Source of the DNA: an uncultured bacterium
GTDB lineage: Bacteria > Zixibacteria > MSB-5A5 > UBA10806
Assembly: GCA_965541585.1 (NCBI GenBank)
Contig: CBEUCH010000004.1
Coordinates: 160,001 to 224,000, forward strand
Direction of reading: 5' to 3'
DNA: 64,000 nucleotides
The notes below the pieces were generated by a model. That model saw nothing but the letters and a program-made list of their open reading frames with translations. It did no database searches and was not told the DNA's origin. How positions within the stretch are numbered: the stretch's first letter is position 1; each line of letters begins with the position of its first letter. Position numbers and translations under genes: made by a program. Shown here in pieces: positions 8,614 to 19,147 of this stretch.

Positions 8614-10944
8614 ATGCTCTCCGATAGAATCCAGAAAATAGGTTTTTCGCCCACGCTTAAAATATCGGCCAAAGCCGACGCCATGAGGGCCGAGGGTATC
8701 GATGTTATCAATCTTTCCGTGGGAGAGCCTGATTTTCCGACGCCCGATAACATAAAATCGGCGGGCAAACAGGCTATCGACGACAACTTCACCAAATATA
8801 CCGCCAACGACGGCATATTGCTTCTACGGGAAGCTATCGCGAAAAAACTGAAAGAGGAAAACGGGCTCGAATATGGGACCGATGAGATCATTGTATCGCC
8901 CGGTGCGAAAAACTGTATGTACAATCTCTGCATGGCGGTTCTGGATAGCGGCGATGAAGCCATCATCCCGGCGCCCTACTGGGTCAGCTACCCGCAAATG
9001 GTGAATCTCGCCGGTGGCACACCCGTTGTGATCCAGACCAGGGAGGAATACGGCTTCCGAATTACACCTGATGAACTTTCAGCGGCCATCTCGCCATCCA
9101 CCAAACTGCTGATACTGAATAATCCCTGCAATCCCACCGGAGCAGGCTACAGCAGGGAGGAGCTTTCGAAGCTGGCGGAGATTATTGCGGATGAAGGAAT
9201 ATTAGTCGTGTCGGATGAAATCTATGAGAAGCTCGTTTTTGATGGTTTTGAATTTGTATCGTTTGCATCGCTGGGCAAAAAGATCAAGGAACAATCGGTG
9301 ATTGTCAACGGCGTATCCAAGGCTTATTCCATGACCGGATGGCGTATCGGGTATGCCGCCGGTCCCAGGGAGTATATCTCGGCCATGTCGAAGGTGCAGT
9401 CGCATAACACCTCCAATGCTTCATCGGTTTCCCAGATGGCCGCCCTGGAGGCCCTCACCGGTCCGCAGCATGAGATCAGCCGCATGCGAAGCGAATTTCA
9501 GATTAGACGCAACTATATGGTCGACAGGCTCCGCGGAATCCCGGGCATATCATGTTGCGAGCCGCGTGGCGCCTTTTATCTATTCCCCAACATATCATCG
9601 TATTTTAATAAGGAATACGAGGGGATGCAGATCCGCAACTCCTATGGAATGTCATATTATCTTTTAAAACATGCGCACGTGGCTGTCGTTCCGGGTGAGG
9701 CATTCGGTAGCGAGGGATACATCCGGCTTTCGTATGCAACTTCCATGAAGAAGATAGAGGAGGCCATGGATCGTATCGCATCCGCTCTGGCGAAACTGGA
9801 ACCGACCAGGGACGCAAAAGCGATATCACTAAATAATACCATCACGGTCAGAAAGGCGGCCGTCGAGACCGAGACGCATGTCGGCCCGGAGATGCGCGAC
9901 GCTCTCGTGGCAGAGGCGGAGTCGCATTTAACTCACCGGGGATACTACGAGTGGAATGCCAACATTCAGGGCGTGATTATTCAACTCCGGACAAACCTCT
10001 CGCATCTCTATGATTTCTGGGTTGAAAACTGGTACCCGGCTCAGCTGGAGACCGATCTGGAACCGCACGGAATAATCTACGCCGTGGGCTGGATTCCCGG
10101 GCGAGAGCCCCGGGCTTATTATAATAGCGAATCACGGACCGCAATATTCTTCAAATCGGCATACTACGGCCAGTTGAGGTCCCTGGCCCTCGGCATGGCG
10201 GATGATATCGCCTCGAGGCTCTCTAATACATATTCGGTGCGAGGCTTAGCTCTCGATTTCGACGGAAGAGGTCTGGTTATGATCGCTCCCAGGGGTACCG
10301 GCAAGGCCACCTTCTTCGCAAATCTATTGCCCTATCCGAAAAGTAAGATCGTTTCGGATGACGTTGTATTTGTGAGAATTAACAATACTGCTGTCGCGGA
10401 CGTCCCCGAGCGAAAATTCTACATGCAGACCAATCTCGTGGAAAAATATCCTGATTTCGCGCCCCTGTTCGATAAATCCAAGTGCGAAAACGTTATCACC
10501 AATCGCGATGAATGCCTGAACGGCCCCTGCCAGAAACTCGATAACTGCCGGCTCGATCGCGGGTCGCCTTTCTGTTACGAAGCCTCCCCCATCTCAAGGG
10601 CGATGCTCGATCCTTACTGGATCGGAGGGGCTGAAAAACATACCAAGCGAACCAACCTGGAATGGATCCTGCTTTTCAAAAACGATCCCATCAGCCCGGT
10701 GCTAAAAGAGCCATCCGTTGACGAGGCAGTGCGACATTGCGAGGAGGGGCTTACGGAGTCGGGCGCCCTGAGATCCGAACCGTTCTTCAATCCTCATATT
10801 TTTGCCGGCGGCTCTGACCGGATCGATGCCCGACGGCGTTTCTACGAACAGCTTTTCAACATTGCCAGGCCATATTTTATAAACGTAAACGTGGCCTCAA
10901 AAGATGAAATTCAGAAAAGAATCAATGAAGTTATCGGGATTTGA
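8614..10944 (+). CDS. Class I/II PLP-dependent (aspartate-type) aminotransferase fused to a C-terminal HPr-kinase/PEPCK-like P-loop domain
   Basis: First ~395 aa carry GEPDF, NP.NPTG, DEIY, SKAYSMTGWRIGY and RLSYA. The last ~380 aa carry 'ALDFDGRGLVMIAPRGTGKAT', 'VSDD' and a Cys cluster. Confidence 0.85.
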   Translation: MLSDRIQKIGFSPTLKISAKADAMRAEGIDVINLSVGEPDFPTPDNIKSAGKQAIDDNFTKYTANDGILLLREAIAKKLKEENGLEYGTDEIIVSPGAKNCMYNLCMAVLDSGDEAIIPAPYWVSYPQMVNLAGGTPVVIQTREEYGFRITPDELSAAISPSTKLLILNNPCNPTGAGYSREELSKLAEIIADEGILVVSDEIYEKLVFDGFEFVSFASLGKKIKEQSVIVNGVSKAYSMTGWRIGYAAGPREYISAMSKVQSHNTSNASSVSQMAALEALTGPQHEISRMRSEFQIRRNYMVDRLRGIPGISCCEPRGAFYLFPNISSYFNKEYEGMQIRNSYGMSYYLLKHAHVAVVPGEAFGSEGYIRLSYATSMKKIEEAMDRIASALAKLEPTRDAKAISLNNTITVRKAAVETETHVGPEMRDALVAEAESHLTHRGYYEWNANIQGVIIQLRTNLSHLYDFWVENWYPAQLETDLEPHGIIYAVGWIPGREPRAYYNSESRTAIFFKSAYYGQLRSLALGMADDIASRLSNTYSVRGLALDFDGRGLVMIAPRGTGKATFFANLLPYPKSKIVSDDVVFVRINNTAVADVPERKFYMQTNLVEKYPDFAPLFDKSKCENVITNRDECLNGPCQKLDNCRLDRGSPFCYEASPISRAMLDPYWIGGAEKHTKRTNLEWILLFKNDPISPVLKEPSVDEAVRHCEEGLTESGALRSEPFFNPHIFAGGSDRIDARRRFYEQLFNIARPYFINVNVASKDEIQKRINEVIGI

Positions 10945-11023
10945 TACAATATGGAGTATTCTAAAGGCGGATGATCATAGATCAGAGCATGTCAATTTTC
11001 CTTAAATTGCGTCGGGGGACTTC

Positions 11024-12232
11024 TTGTCATCAATATTGATATTCATACTGGGAGTTGTTTTCGGAGCGGCCGTGGTTCTTGTCATCAGCCTGCTCCTTAA
11101 AAGAAAGGCTGGAACCGATGCTCTGCATTTCAAGGAAGAAATGGAGAAGGTTTTCAAGGCGGCCTCATACGATCTATCCAAGCAATCCATTGAAGAGATA
11201 TTAAAAGTCTCAAAGGAGATTCTGGAATCCAAAACTTCCGAGGGCACCGCGGACTTGGAATCGAAGAAAAAATTGATAGACCAGTCTCTCGGCAACCTCG
11301 CTAAGGATATGCAGGAGAGGATGGAGAAGGTTCAACGGCTGATGACGGAAATTAATCAGGCCGTCCCCGAAAAGTACGGCAAGGTATCTTCGGCCATAGA
11401 GCAGATGGCCAAACAGAGCGACGATCTTCGAAAAACGACCGAGTCATTGAATAGGGCGCTTTCATCCACGCAGGTCAGGGGTCAATGGGGAGAGCGGATG
11501 GCAGAGGACATCCTGCGCACAGTCGGCCTGCAGGAAAATATTAATTATGTAAAGCAGAAACCTGTCGAGGGCGGCAAATCGAGACCCGATTTCACTTTTC
11601 TTTTGCCCAATGATCTCAAGGTCAACATGGATGTCAAATTTCCCTATGAAAAATATCGAGATTTTCTCGATGCCGACGGAGATGCCGATAAAGAGCAGGC
11701 CAAAAAGCAGTTTCTGGGCTCCGTGAAGGACAGGATCAAAGAGGTAACAAGCCGTGATTATATCAATCCCGAGGAAAATACGGTCGATTATGTTCTGGTC
11801 TTTATCCCCAATGAGCGGATCTATACATTTATACAGGAATCAGATTCATCTATACTCGATGAGGCATTGAGCCAAAAAGTTATCTTATGTTCCCCGCTCA
11901 CGCTTTACGCCATGCTGGCCTTGATAAGACAAGCTATCGATAATTTTAATCTCAGGCAATCCTCAAGAGAGATACAGGGATTACTGGGCGGCTTCTCAAA
12001 ACAGTGGGAAAGATTTATAGATTCGATGACAACGGTGGGCAGTAGAATAGACAGCGCCAGGTCGGCCTTCGATGAGATGATCGGCACGCGCAAGAGGATG
12101 CTCGACCGCCAGGTTCGTAAAATCGATGAACTGAATAAATCCGAGGGTATCGAGCCGAGAGTGTTACCCGATGATGAAATCGGCGAGATCGAGGATAAAA
12201 GGGATTCCGATAAGGATAATCTGCTGCTTTAG
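11024..12232 (+). CDS. rmuC: DNA recombination protein RmuC
   Basis: N-terminal TM helix, coiled coil, RGQWGE, RPD...D.KFP, 'DY...T.DYV.VFIPNE'. Confidence 0.92.
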   Translation: MSSILIFILGVVFGAAVVLVISLLLKRKAGTDALHFKEEMEKVFKAASYDLSKQSIEEILKVSKEILESKTSEGTADLESKKKLIDQSLGNLAKDMQERMEKVQRLMTEINQAVPEKYGKVSSAIEQMAKQSDDLRKTTESLNRALSSTQVRGQWGERMAEDILRTVGLQENINYVKQKPVEGGKSRPDFTFLLPNDLKVNMDVKFPYEKYRDFLDADGDADKEQAKKQFLGSVKDRIKEVTSRDYINPEENTVDYVLVFIPNERIYTFIQESDSSILDEALSQKVILCSPLTLYAMLALIRQAIDNFNLRQSSREIQGLLGGFSKQWERFIDSMTTVGSRIDSARSAFDEMIGTRKRMLDRQVRKIDELNKSEGIEPRVLPDDEIGEIEDKRDSDKDNLLL

Positions 12233-12373
12233 GATTTGATACAAATTGGCCGGCTCTCTAAAATCGGGGAACATTATTGCCTTACAATTGTATATTGTAG
12301 TATATTGCTACCGCACCGTTGAATCTGCATCTAACGACAAAACGAAATAAACCGGTATCCCCGGAGGATAATT

Positions 12374-13126
12374 ATGTTGAAAAGGTCGTTTAATTCCGGC
12401 TGCATCAGAGTACTTATTGCAGTTTTCTGTTTCGCAACTATGGTTGTGCCGATTGCTACAGCCCAGGAAGGAGAATCCGACGCGCCCGCCCCAAAACATT
12501 CTCTCAAAGATGGCGCCTGGGCGCTGCAGTTTCAACTGGGCAGCGCCTTTTCACGCCGCGGATATGATGGAATAGTCATCTCAGCCAAATATCATCTAAC
12601 AAGAGGATCTGCAATTCGCCTGGGTATCGATATCAATGGCGATATTCATTTCGGAGGCCACACAAGTCATCGCGGGACACCCCCGGATGATACCCTTTAT
12701 AGTTCTTCAAGGGATAATATCAATCGTGAGGGAATCAAACTGATATCTGAATATATTAAATACACCCAGATAGATCCGAAACTACATTTCCTCCTCGGAA
12801 TCGGCCCAACTTTCGGGTTTTCGCACTTTAAATCGAAAAGCGAGAGCCGATATACCTACCTTCAGGAGCCCGAAAGCCGTACTTACATTTCCAAGACATA
12901 TAACTGGTCGTTAGGTATTTCCGGTGTACTGGGGGCCGAATGGTTTCCGACAAAAAGAATCAGCGTTATAGCAGAATACGGAGTATCATTCGATTATAGG
13001 TATCAGATAAGAAGATCGGAAGTTATCGGTGATGCACCGACTAAATCCAGTCGCAACAGAAATCATATGAATTATTTCGCCCTAGATCTTCTGGCCGCTA
13101 AAATCGGCATCGCTGTATATTTCTAA
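12374..13126 (+). CDS. Putative outer-membrane beta-barrel protein
   Basis: Signal peptide, alternating amphipathic strands ('LGAEWFP...ISVIAEYG'), C-terminal 'IGIAVYF'. Confidence 0.7.
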   Translation: MLKRSFNSGCIRVLIAVFCFATMVVPIATAQEGESDAPAPKHSLKDGAWALQFQLGSAFSRRGYDGIVISAKYHLTRGSAIRLGIDINGDIHFGGHTSHRGTPPDDTLYSSSRDNINREGIKLISEYIKYTQIDPKLHFLLGIGPTFGFSHFKSKSESRYTYLQEPESRTYISKTYNWSLGISGVLGAEWFPTKRISVIAEYGVSFDYRYQIRRSEVIGDAPTKSSRNRNHMNYFALDLLAAKIGIAVYF

Positions 13127-13200
13127 ATTATTTAGTCCGCCTGTAATCCTCTCATGATCGTTTTACGGATATGAAAAGGCTGTTGTATGGCCGGAATGTA

Positions 13201-14223
13201 TCATTTCTTCTTTTCTATCTTTTCTATCTTTTCGTTTAACTCCTCAAATCCCTTCGCATCCCATTCAGGCATCCCTGCTTCCATCAGTTTATTTTTCGCC
13301 TTTTTGAGATGGTCCAGCGCGCTCTTGGGATTCCCTTGCGCCAGCGCAATATCGCCCAATTCGCGATATGAAAATCCTACCCATTCGGCGTTTTCAGGCT
13401 TCGAATCCTGCTCGTATCGTTTCACAGCCCAATCATGAACCTCATTCATCCAGGTGGAAGCGGAATCCAATTGGCCGGTCATCCTGAATGCATGCCCCAC
13501 CGACCAATCGGCGATGAGTTTTGCCAGATCGTTTCCTTTTTTGTAATGATACTCGCGGGCTTTCTTTAATGCCTCCAGCGATTCCTCGTAACGCCCCAAG
13601 TCATCGTAGTTCCAGCCAAGGTTGTTCCATAAGGGCGCCAGCCAACTCTCCAGGTTTCCCTTCTCAGCGGCTTCGATCCCCCTGGCCCCCCACTCGATCC
13701 GCTCCTCCATTCCACCGGTTATGGTCATCATGTTGGCGGCATCCACTGCCCGGTTGAAGAGATCGTTGGCCATGCAGAATTGATACATTTCCTTAAAAGT
13801 ACCGGCGGCAACCGGCGCCTCCGGCGAAACGGCCTTAGCTTCGGCGGCCGCATCCTGCCATTCAAATCGTCCACGCACACCGAGATAGCGTGACCAGCCT
13901 CTGGGTTCTCTGTCCGTGGCGACCTCGGCGGCCCTGGTTAGCCATTCGCGTCCCTCTTCCTTTCGTTTTGTGGAAAGGTAACATCGGGCAACCTGAGCAT
14001 AGGCCTCGACAAGAATGCTGTTGTCTTTCTCATTCCGGGAAGCGTCGATGGCTTCCAGGTAGACCTCCAGCGCCTCTTCCGGCTTTCGGTTACTGAAAAG
14101 ATCATCGCCCTTTTGCAATAATTCTGCGCCCTTTGACATTTTAACGTCTTTTGAGTTGGGGCCGCAGCTTGCTATCAAACATATCACCAAAAGAAGTAAG
14201 GACATAACACGTAACATAATCAT
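13201..14223 (-). CDS. TPR-containing lipoprotein
   Basis: Lipobox 'LIASC'. TPR-like segments such as 'WNNLGWNYDDLGRYEESLEALKKA'. Confidence 0.75.
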   Translation of the reverse strand: MIMLRVMSLLLLVICLIASCGPNSKDVKMSKGAELLQKGDDLFSNRKPEEALEVYLEAIDASRNEKDNSILVEAYAQVARCYLSTKRKEEGREWLTRAAEVATDREPRGWSRYLGVRGRFEWQDAAAEAKAVSPEAPVAAGTFKEMYQFCMANDLFNRAVDAANMMTITGGMEERIEWGARGIEAAEKGNLESWLAPLWNNLGWNYDDLGRYEESLEALKKAREYHYKKGNDLAKLIADWSVGHAFRMTGQLDSASTWMNEVHDWAVKRYEQDSKPENAEWVGFSYRELGDIALAQGNPKSALDHLKKAKNKLMEAGMPEWDAKGFEELNEKIEKIEKKK

Positions 14224-14281
14224 CTGATTAATCCTCTCAGTTTAAGGTTGCAATAGTTCATAAGTATAGCCGGGATTATCA

Positions 14282-15796
14282 CTATGGCTGGGTACCGCTG
14301 TGGCATTCGTAGCAGCCGATTTCCCGCCAGGCCTCGTCTATATCCACGGGATGCTTGAATTCGAGGCCCTCCTGGGAGACCGAAACCTCGAATGTCTCGC
14401 CGGCGCCCTGGGACATGATACTGTGGCAGGCTCTGCAATCGTGGGTGATCGTTATTCCGTCCTCGGTCTTGTGATCGCCAAGATGACATCGCATACAGCC
14501 CTTATCGTAAAAGTGCCCGATATTATCCAGATAGTGGGTCCAGTTCGCTTTCATTTCCGGGAAGATATTCGTGGAGAAAGCTCCCTGGGCCGATACTATG
14601 GCTGCATCTATCGTCACCCGATTTTCATGGTAGAATTCAGCGTGATTGATCCGGTAATAATCGGTGATATAATTAGCTATGCCTGCAATGGCTTCTTCGT
14701 TACTCGAATATTCCCGGGACAGCGCCTCCACAGCGATCCTTTTGATTTCGGGAATAGTCGGATTGACCTGGCCGGTCAGGATTATCCTATCAATGGCATA
14801 ATCCGGGGAGTAGAAAATATGGCTTGGCCGGTTGTGGCAGTCCATGCAATCCATCACCCTCGGGGTCGCCACGGCAATTTCCTCCGGTGTTAATGGATCC
14901 GTTTCGTCCTGGTATACCGTGATCCGGCCGGTCTCCTGGTCGATGATCCGGACCCAGGGAATATCCTGCCGCTCATCGTCGCGAGCGATATATTCCACCT
15001 TGACTCCGATGTTCATATGCCAGTGAATCCCGGAGGTCTGTCCGGTTTTGGGATCACCACCGCCGGTTTTGATAAGCAAATTTATAGGCCAATGGGAATT
15101 CTCCACATCATAAATATAATGGTTAAGCTGTTTCTGCTGGGCGCCGAAAAACTGCTCGGGCCAGTGACATTTCTCGCAGGTCTCCTGAGCGGGGCGCAGG
15201 TCTTCGATGGGCGTCGGAAGCGGCCTTGGATAAGTGTTGGCTGTTACCGCGTAAACCTGATAAGCTCCCGATAGCTTCGATTTGGTATACCACCCCGCTC
15301 CGGTCCCAACATGGCACGCCGTGCAAGCCACCCTGGCGTGGGGAGAGCCTTGATAGGCAATATACTCCGGGGCCATGACCGAATGGCACAGCTTCCCGCA
15401 AAATTCCACCGACTCCGTGTAGTGATAAGCCTGGTAGGTAACCACGGCAGCGATCAAGGCAACCAATATCGAAGCATGAATGAAAATAAATGTTGCGGTT
15501 CGGTGAGCTCGCTTGTTAAGGTCAATATAGGGCCATCTCCTGTACGGTATCTCCCCGGTTTTCTGCCACCGTCGCCAGTGCCGGTACATGCCGATGGGGA
15601 TCAAAATTAGCCCGATAGCCAGTATTGGCGGCAGTATAACATAAACATATATGCCGATATACGGGTTTTCGATGCGGGAAAAGAAATTAAAGACCAGGTT
15701 AAAGACTATTAGAAGAGCCGTCAGCGAGGCTATGAAGACTCCGACCGAACTTGTCCAGTTATTGAATACCTTTGATATTGTTGATTTATCCTTCAT
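14282..15796 (-). CDS. NapC/NirT-family membrane-anchored multiheme cytochrome c (about 7 hemes)
   Basis: Three N-terminal TM helices. 'T.S.EFCG..CH.VM.PEY..Y..SPHA.V.C..CH' signature. Six CxxCH plus one Cx3CH. ATG at 15796 preferred. Confidence 0.9.
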   Translation of the reverse strand: MKDKSTISKVFNNWTSSVGVFIASLTALLIVFNLVFNFFSRIENPYIGIYVYVILPPILAIGLILIPIGMYRHWRRWQKTGEIPYRRWPYIDLNKRAHRTATFIFIHASILVALIAAVVTYQAYHYTESVEFCGKLCHSVMAPEYIAYQGSPHARVACTACHVGTGAGWYTKSKLSGAYQVYAVTANTYPRPLPTPIEDLRPAQETCEKCHWPEQFFGAQQKQLNHYIYDVENSHWPINLLIKTGGGDPKTGQTSGIHWHMNIGVKVEYIARDDERQDIPWVRIIDQETGRITVYQDETDPLTPEEIAVATPRVMDCMDCHNRPSHIFYSPDYAIDRIILTGQVNPTIPEIKRIAVEALSREYSSNEEAIAGIANYITDYYRINHAEFYHENRVTIDAAIVSAQGAFSTNIFPEMKANWTHYLDNIGHFYDKGCMRCHLGDHKTEDGITITHDCRACHSIMSQGAGETFEVSVSQEGLEFKHPVDIDEAWREIGCYECHSGTQP

Positions 15797-16153
15797 TATT
15801 CTTATCCCATTTCTCGTTAAGGCCAGGCATCGGTTTGACGCACAGGATTTCAAAAGCCTTTAGCTTATTTAGTTAACAAAGAAGGGCTTTTCAGGCAAGC
15901 ATTTTTATTATTATTTTGTAATATATCAGGCCGAAAGGCGGCGCGATGCCCGCGTCATGACTTCCGACCGGCGGATGGACAGAGTGGCTTCAGAATTATC
16001 GGAATAACAAGAGCAGGAACCAATACTATAATCTTCGAATACTACATTCAAGAAATAAATACTGAATCGCCGACCCATGTTTATTTATAGAGGGAAAATT
16101 ATAATAAAATACCAAAAGCCTGTCCATTCATTGTAACGATCCTTAAAAACTTA

Positions 16154-16182
16154 TTGACTTTCGAAGACAGTTCGGGTAAAAT
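16154..16182 (+). promoter_or_regulatory. sigma70-type promoter of the cytochrome c/NrfC/NrfD operon
   Basis: TTGACT, 17-bp spacer, TAAAAT. Confidence 0.6.
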
Positions 16183-16230
16183 AGCAAAGGGTTTTTTTAC
16201 TATTATCAGAGTACCCTCGGAGATGAATTC

Positions 16231-16974
16231 TTGAACAGACCCAGGATCCCCCAGCAAATAATTAGCCTGGCTATACTTTTTGCAATAGCAATTGCCGCCC
16301 TTGTTTGGGCCCGTATATTGCTTGTCCCCGAATCATTCGGAAAATACGGTCATTACAGGGCCGATGCGGTCGGCGAGATAGCTTCTCAGGAAATAAAATA
16401 CGCCGGTAGTAGCGCGTGCGTGGATTGCCATGATGATATCTCTGAACTCAAAGAAAAATCTCATCATAGAGATGTATCGTGCGAAGTTTGTCATGGTCCC
16501 GCAGCGAGGCATACCGATTCCCCTGACGAATTCATACCTGACGCACCGAGAGGGCGTGGATATTGCCCGCTTTGCCACGGTTACAATCCGTCCCGCCCCA
16601 CCGGGTTTCCGCAGATTATCACCATGCTTCATAATCCCGGCGAAGCTTGTATGAAATGTCATGATCCGCATAATCCTCTTCTGCCGCACACGCCGGAGGA
16701 ATGCAGTGCTTGCCACCGTGAAATTGCAAACAAGAAGAGAGTATCCCATCATGTTTCGTTACCCTGCACAAGATGTCACATCGTTCCAGAGGAACATTCA
16801 GTCAATCCGCGGTTTGCGCTTGCTCAGAAGCCTGCGAAAAGAGAACTTTGCGGGGAATGTCATGCTGTGGGAGCGAGGAGTCCCAGGGAAATTCCCCGGA
16901 TAGACCTTGATGACCACTGGAAACGTTACTTATGCTGGGATTGTCACTACCCGCATTATCCGGAGGCCAGGTGA
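16231..16974 (+). CDS. Membrane-anchored octaheme cytochrome c
   Basis: N-terminal TM helix then 'P.SFGKYGHYR'. Eight CxxCH motifs: CVDCH, CEVCH, CPLCH, CMKCH, CSACH, CTRCH, CGECH, CWDCH. Confidence 0.9.
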   Translation: MNRPRIPQQIISLAILFAIAIAALVWARILLVPESFGKYGHYRADAVGEIASQEIKYAGSSACVDCHDDISELKEKSHHRDVSCEVCHGPAARHTDSPDEFIPDAPRGRGYCPLCHGYNPSRPTGFPQIITMLHNPGEACMKCHDPHNPLLPHTPEECSACHREIANKKRVSHHVSLPCTRCHIVPEEHSVNPRFALAQKPAKRELCGECHAVGARSPREIPRIDLDDHWKRYLCWDCHYPHYPEAR

Positions 16975-17747
16975 ACAGGAAAGAGTCCGCTCGATCAAGC
17001 CGACGAGAATTCTTGATAAGCTGTTCAAAAGCACTTCCGGTAACGGGATTCTTTTTCTTCCCTTTCAGCGCCGGTCAATTACTTTTCGGCCAGGAGCTCG
17101 ATAAGTATGACCCTACGCAGCATAATTATGCGATGGGGATAGACATCCATAAATGTATAGGTTGCGGCAGGTGCGTGGCTGCCTGTAAAAAGGAGAACGA
17201 CGTTCCCGAAGAACCTCATTACTTTCGCACCTGGGTAGAAAGATATATCATTTCTACGGATGGAGAAGCCCATGTGGATAGCCCAAACGGCGGTATAGAC
17301 GGTTTCCCGGAATTCAAAGGTGATATTGATATCCTGCGGTCATTCTTCGTCCCCAAACTGTGTAATCACTGCGTAAATCCGCCATGTGTTCAGGTATGCC
17401 CGGTCGGCGCCACCTTTGTGAGCCGCGATGGTGTTGTTTTAATCGACGAGCAATATTGTGTCGGTTGCCGGTACTGTATTCAAGCCTGCCCTTACGGAGC
17501 TCGCTTCCTTCACCCCGAGAAGAGAGTGGCGGACAAATGCACCTTTTGCTATCACCGCATCGTGAAGGGATTGCTCCCCGCCTGTGTGGAGGCCTGTCCG
17601 ACCCAGGCACGTGTTTTCGGGGAGGCCGGATTACAGAGCAGTCCGTTAAGACGATTTCTCCGCTTTAATGATATCGTTGTTCTCAAAGCCTCGCTGAATA
17701 CTCAGCCCAAAGTCTATTACGCCGGAGCGGACGGGGAGGTGAGATAA
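16971..17747 (+). CDS. NrfC/DmsB-type 4Fe-4S protein with Tat-like signal
   Basis: GTG start overlaps the upstream TGA. SRREFL motif. CIGCGRCVAAC, CNHC.NPPCVQVCP, CVGCRYCIQACP and KCTFC...PACVEACP. Confidence 0.92.
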   Translation: MNRKESARSSRREFLISCSKALPVTGFFFFPFSAGQLLFGQELDKYDPTQHNYAMGIDIHKCIGCGRCVAACKKENDVPEEPHYFRTWVERYIISTDGEAHVDSPNGGIDGFPEFKGDIDILRSFFVPKLCNHCVNPPCVQVCPVGATFVSRDGVVLIDEQYCVGCRYCIQACPYGARFLHPEKRVADKCTFCYHRIVKGLLPACVEACPTQARVFGEAGLQSSPLRRFLRFNDIVVLKASLNTQPKVYYAGADGEVR

Positions 17748-17750
17748 CCG

Positions 17751-18947
17751 ATGGAGGCGATCGCCACCAACATAGTAACCGGGCTTCAGGATATAACAGG
17801 CTATATATACCCCAATGAATACGAATTGCACTGGGGGATTCTGATTGTGCTCTATCCATATCTTACGGGCCTGGTTGCGGGTGCTTTTATCCTTGCATCG
17901 CTCGAAAGAGTATTTAATGTAAAAGCGCTGCAGCCGGTTTACAGGTTATCCCTTTTATCCGCATTGGCATTCCTGTTTATAGCGCCCCTGCCGCTTCTGG
18001 CTCATCTCGGCCATCCGCAACGTTCTTTTGAAATGTTTCTGACACCGCATACGCAGTCGGCGATGGCTATGTTCGGGTTCGTTTACGCCTGGTATCTCAT
18101 GGTTGTATTGTTGCTGGAGATCTGGTTTGATTACCGGAAGGATATTATAACCTGGTCACGGGAAAAAAAGGGAATCACGAAGTATCTTTACCGGATACTT
18201 TCGCTGGGTGCAATGGACATGTCAAAGGAATCTCTACAATTCGATAGAAAGATAGGCAAATTCATCACCATTATAGGTATCCCGTCCGCATTCCTTCTGC
18301 ATGGTTATGTGGGATTTATTTTCGGATCGATCAAGGCCAATCCCTGGTGGAGCAGCGTCCTGATGCCGATAGTCTTCCTCTTTTCGGCAATCGTCTCCGG
18401 TATCGCATTGATTCTGGTGATATACATGATTACTACTTTGTTTCGCTGGAAACAGATGGATATGTCCTGCCTCAACAAGCTGGCGGAGTTTCTGATCTAT
18501 GCCATGATTGTCGATTTTTCGTTGGAGCTTCTGGATTTCATTCAGCGGCTCTACGAATCGGAAGAATCCATCAATATATTGTCGCAAATGATATCCAGCA
18601 GGTTATTCCTCAGCCTGATAATCTCGCAAATCCTTCTCGGCGGCGTCATACCAATGGTGGCACTGGTCTGGGCAAGGTTCGGCAAAGTGCCGGATGAGAT
18701 GCGGAGGATAGCTTATTTTCTCGCTGCCATCCTGGTGCAGGTAGGTATTTTCAGCACCCGATGGAACGTTGTGATTGGCGGACAGCTATTCTCCAAGAGT
18801 CTCAGAGGCCTGACGGTTTACAAGGTAGAGTTTTTTGGGCTTGAGGGCTTATTGATGACAATCCTGTTATTGATTGCGCCGCTCGCTATCTTATTCGTAC
18901 TCTCCAAGGTGCTGCCTCCGTGGCCCGATGCGGAGGTGAAAATATGA
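17751..18947 (+). CDS. NrfD/PsrC-family membrane anchor
   Basis: 'WG..IVLYPYLTGLVAGA', 'HLGHP.R', many TM helices, 'RWNVVIGGQ'. Confidence 0.9.
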   Translation: MEAIATNIVTGLQDITGYIYPNEYELHWGILIVLYPYLTGLVAGAFILASLERVFNVKALQPVYRLSLLSALAFLFIAPLPLLAHLGHPQRSFEMFLTPHTQSAMAMFGFVYAWYLMVVLLLEIWFDYRKDIITWSREKKGITKYLYRILSLGAMDMSKESLQFDRKIGKFITIIGIPSAFLLHGYVGFIFGSIKANPWWSSVLMPIVFLFSAIVSGIALILVIYMITTLFRWKQMDMSCLNKLAEFLIYAMIVDFSLELLDFIQRLYESEESINILSQMISSRLFLSLIISQILLGGVIPMVALVWARFGKVPDEMRRIAYFLAAILVQVGIFSTRWNVVIGGQLFSKSLRGLTVYKVEFFGLEGLLMTILLLIAPLAILFVLSKVLPPWPDAEVKI

Positions 18948-19069
18948 TATTGCCATGACGGAGATGCAGGGCATATAGAATCAGTGCCTGGATTGGCATT
19001 TATCTCATCATCCTTACTTGATATCAGACGAGACCCTTTAATCATCAGTCAGCGTCTATCGGCATTCAG

Positions 19070-19098
19070 TTGACAAAATAATGTCGGGCCTTTATCTT
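19070..19098 (+). promoter_or_regulatory. sigma70-type promoter of the ferritin-like gene
   Basis: TTGACA, 17-bp spacer, TATCTT. Confidence 0.55.
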
Positions 19099-19147
19099 CT
19101 CCCCCAGTGGATATTCCAATCACCTCTAAATCGTGAGGGAGCGACGG

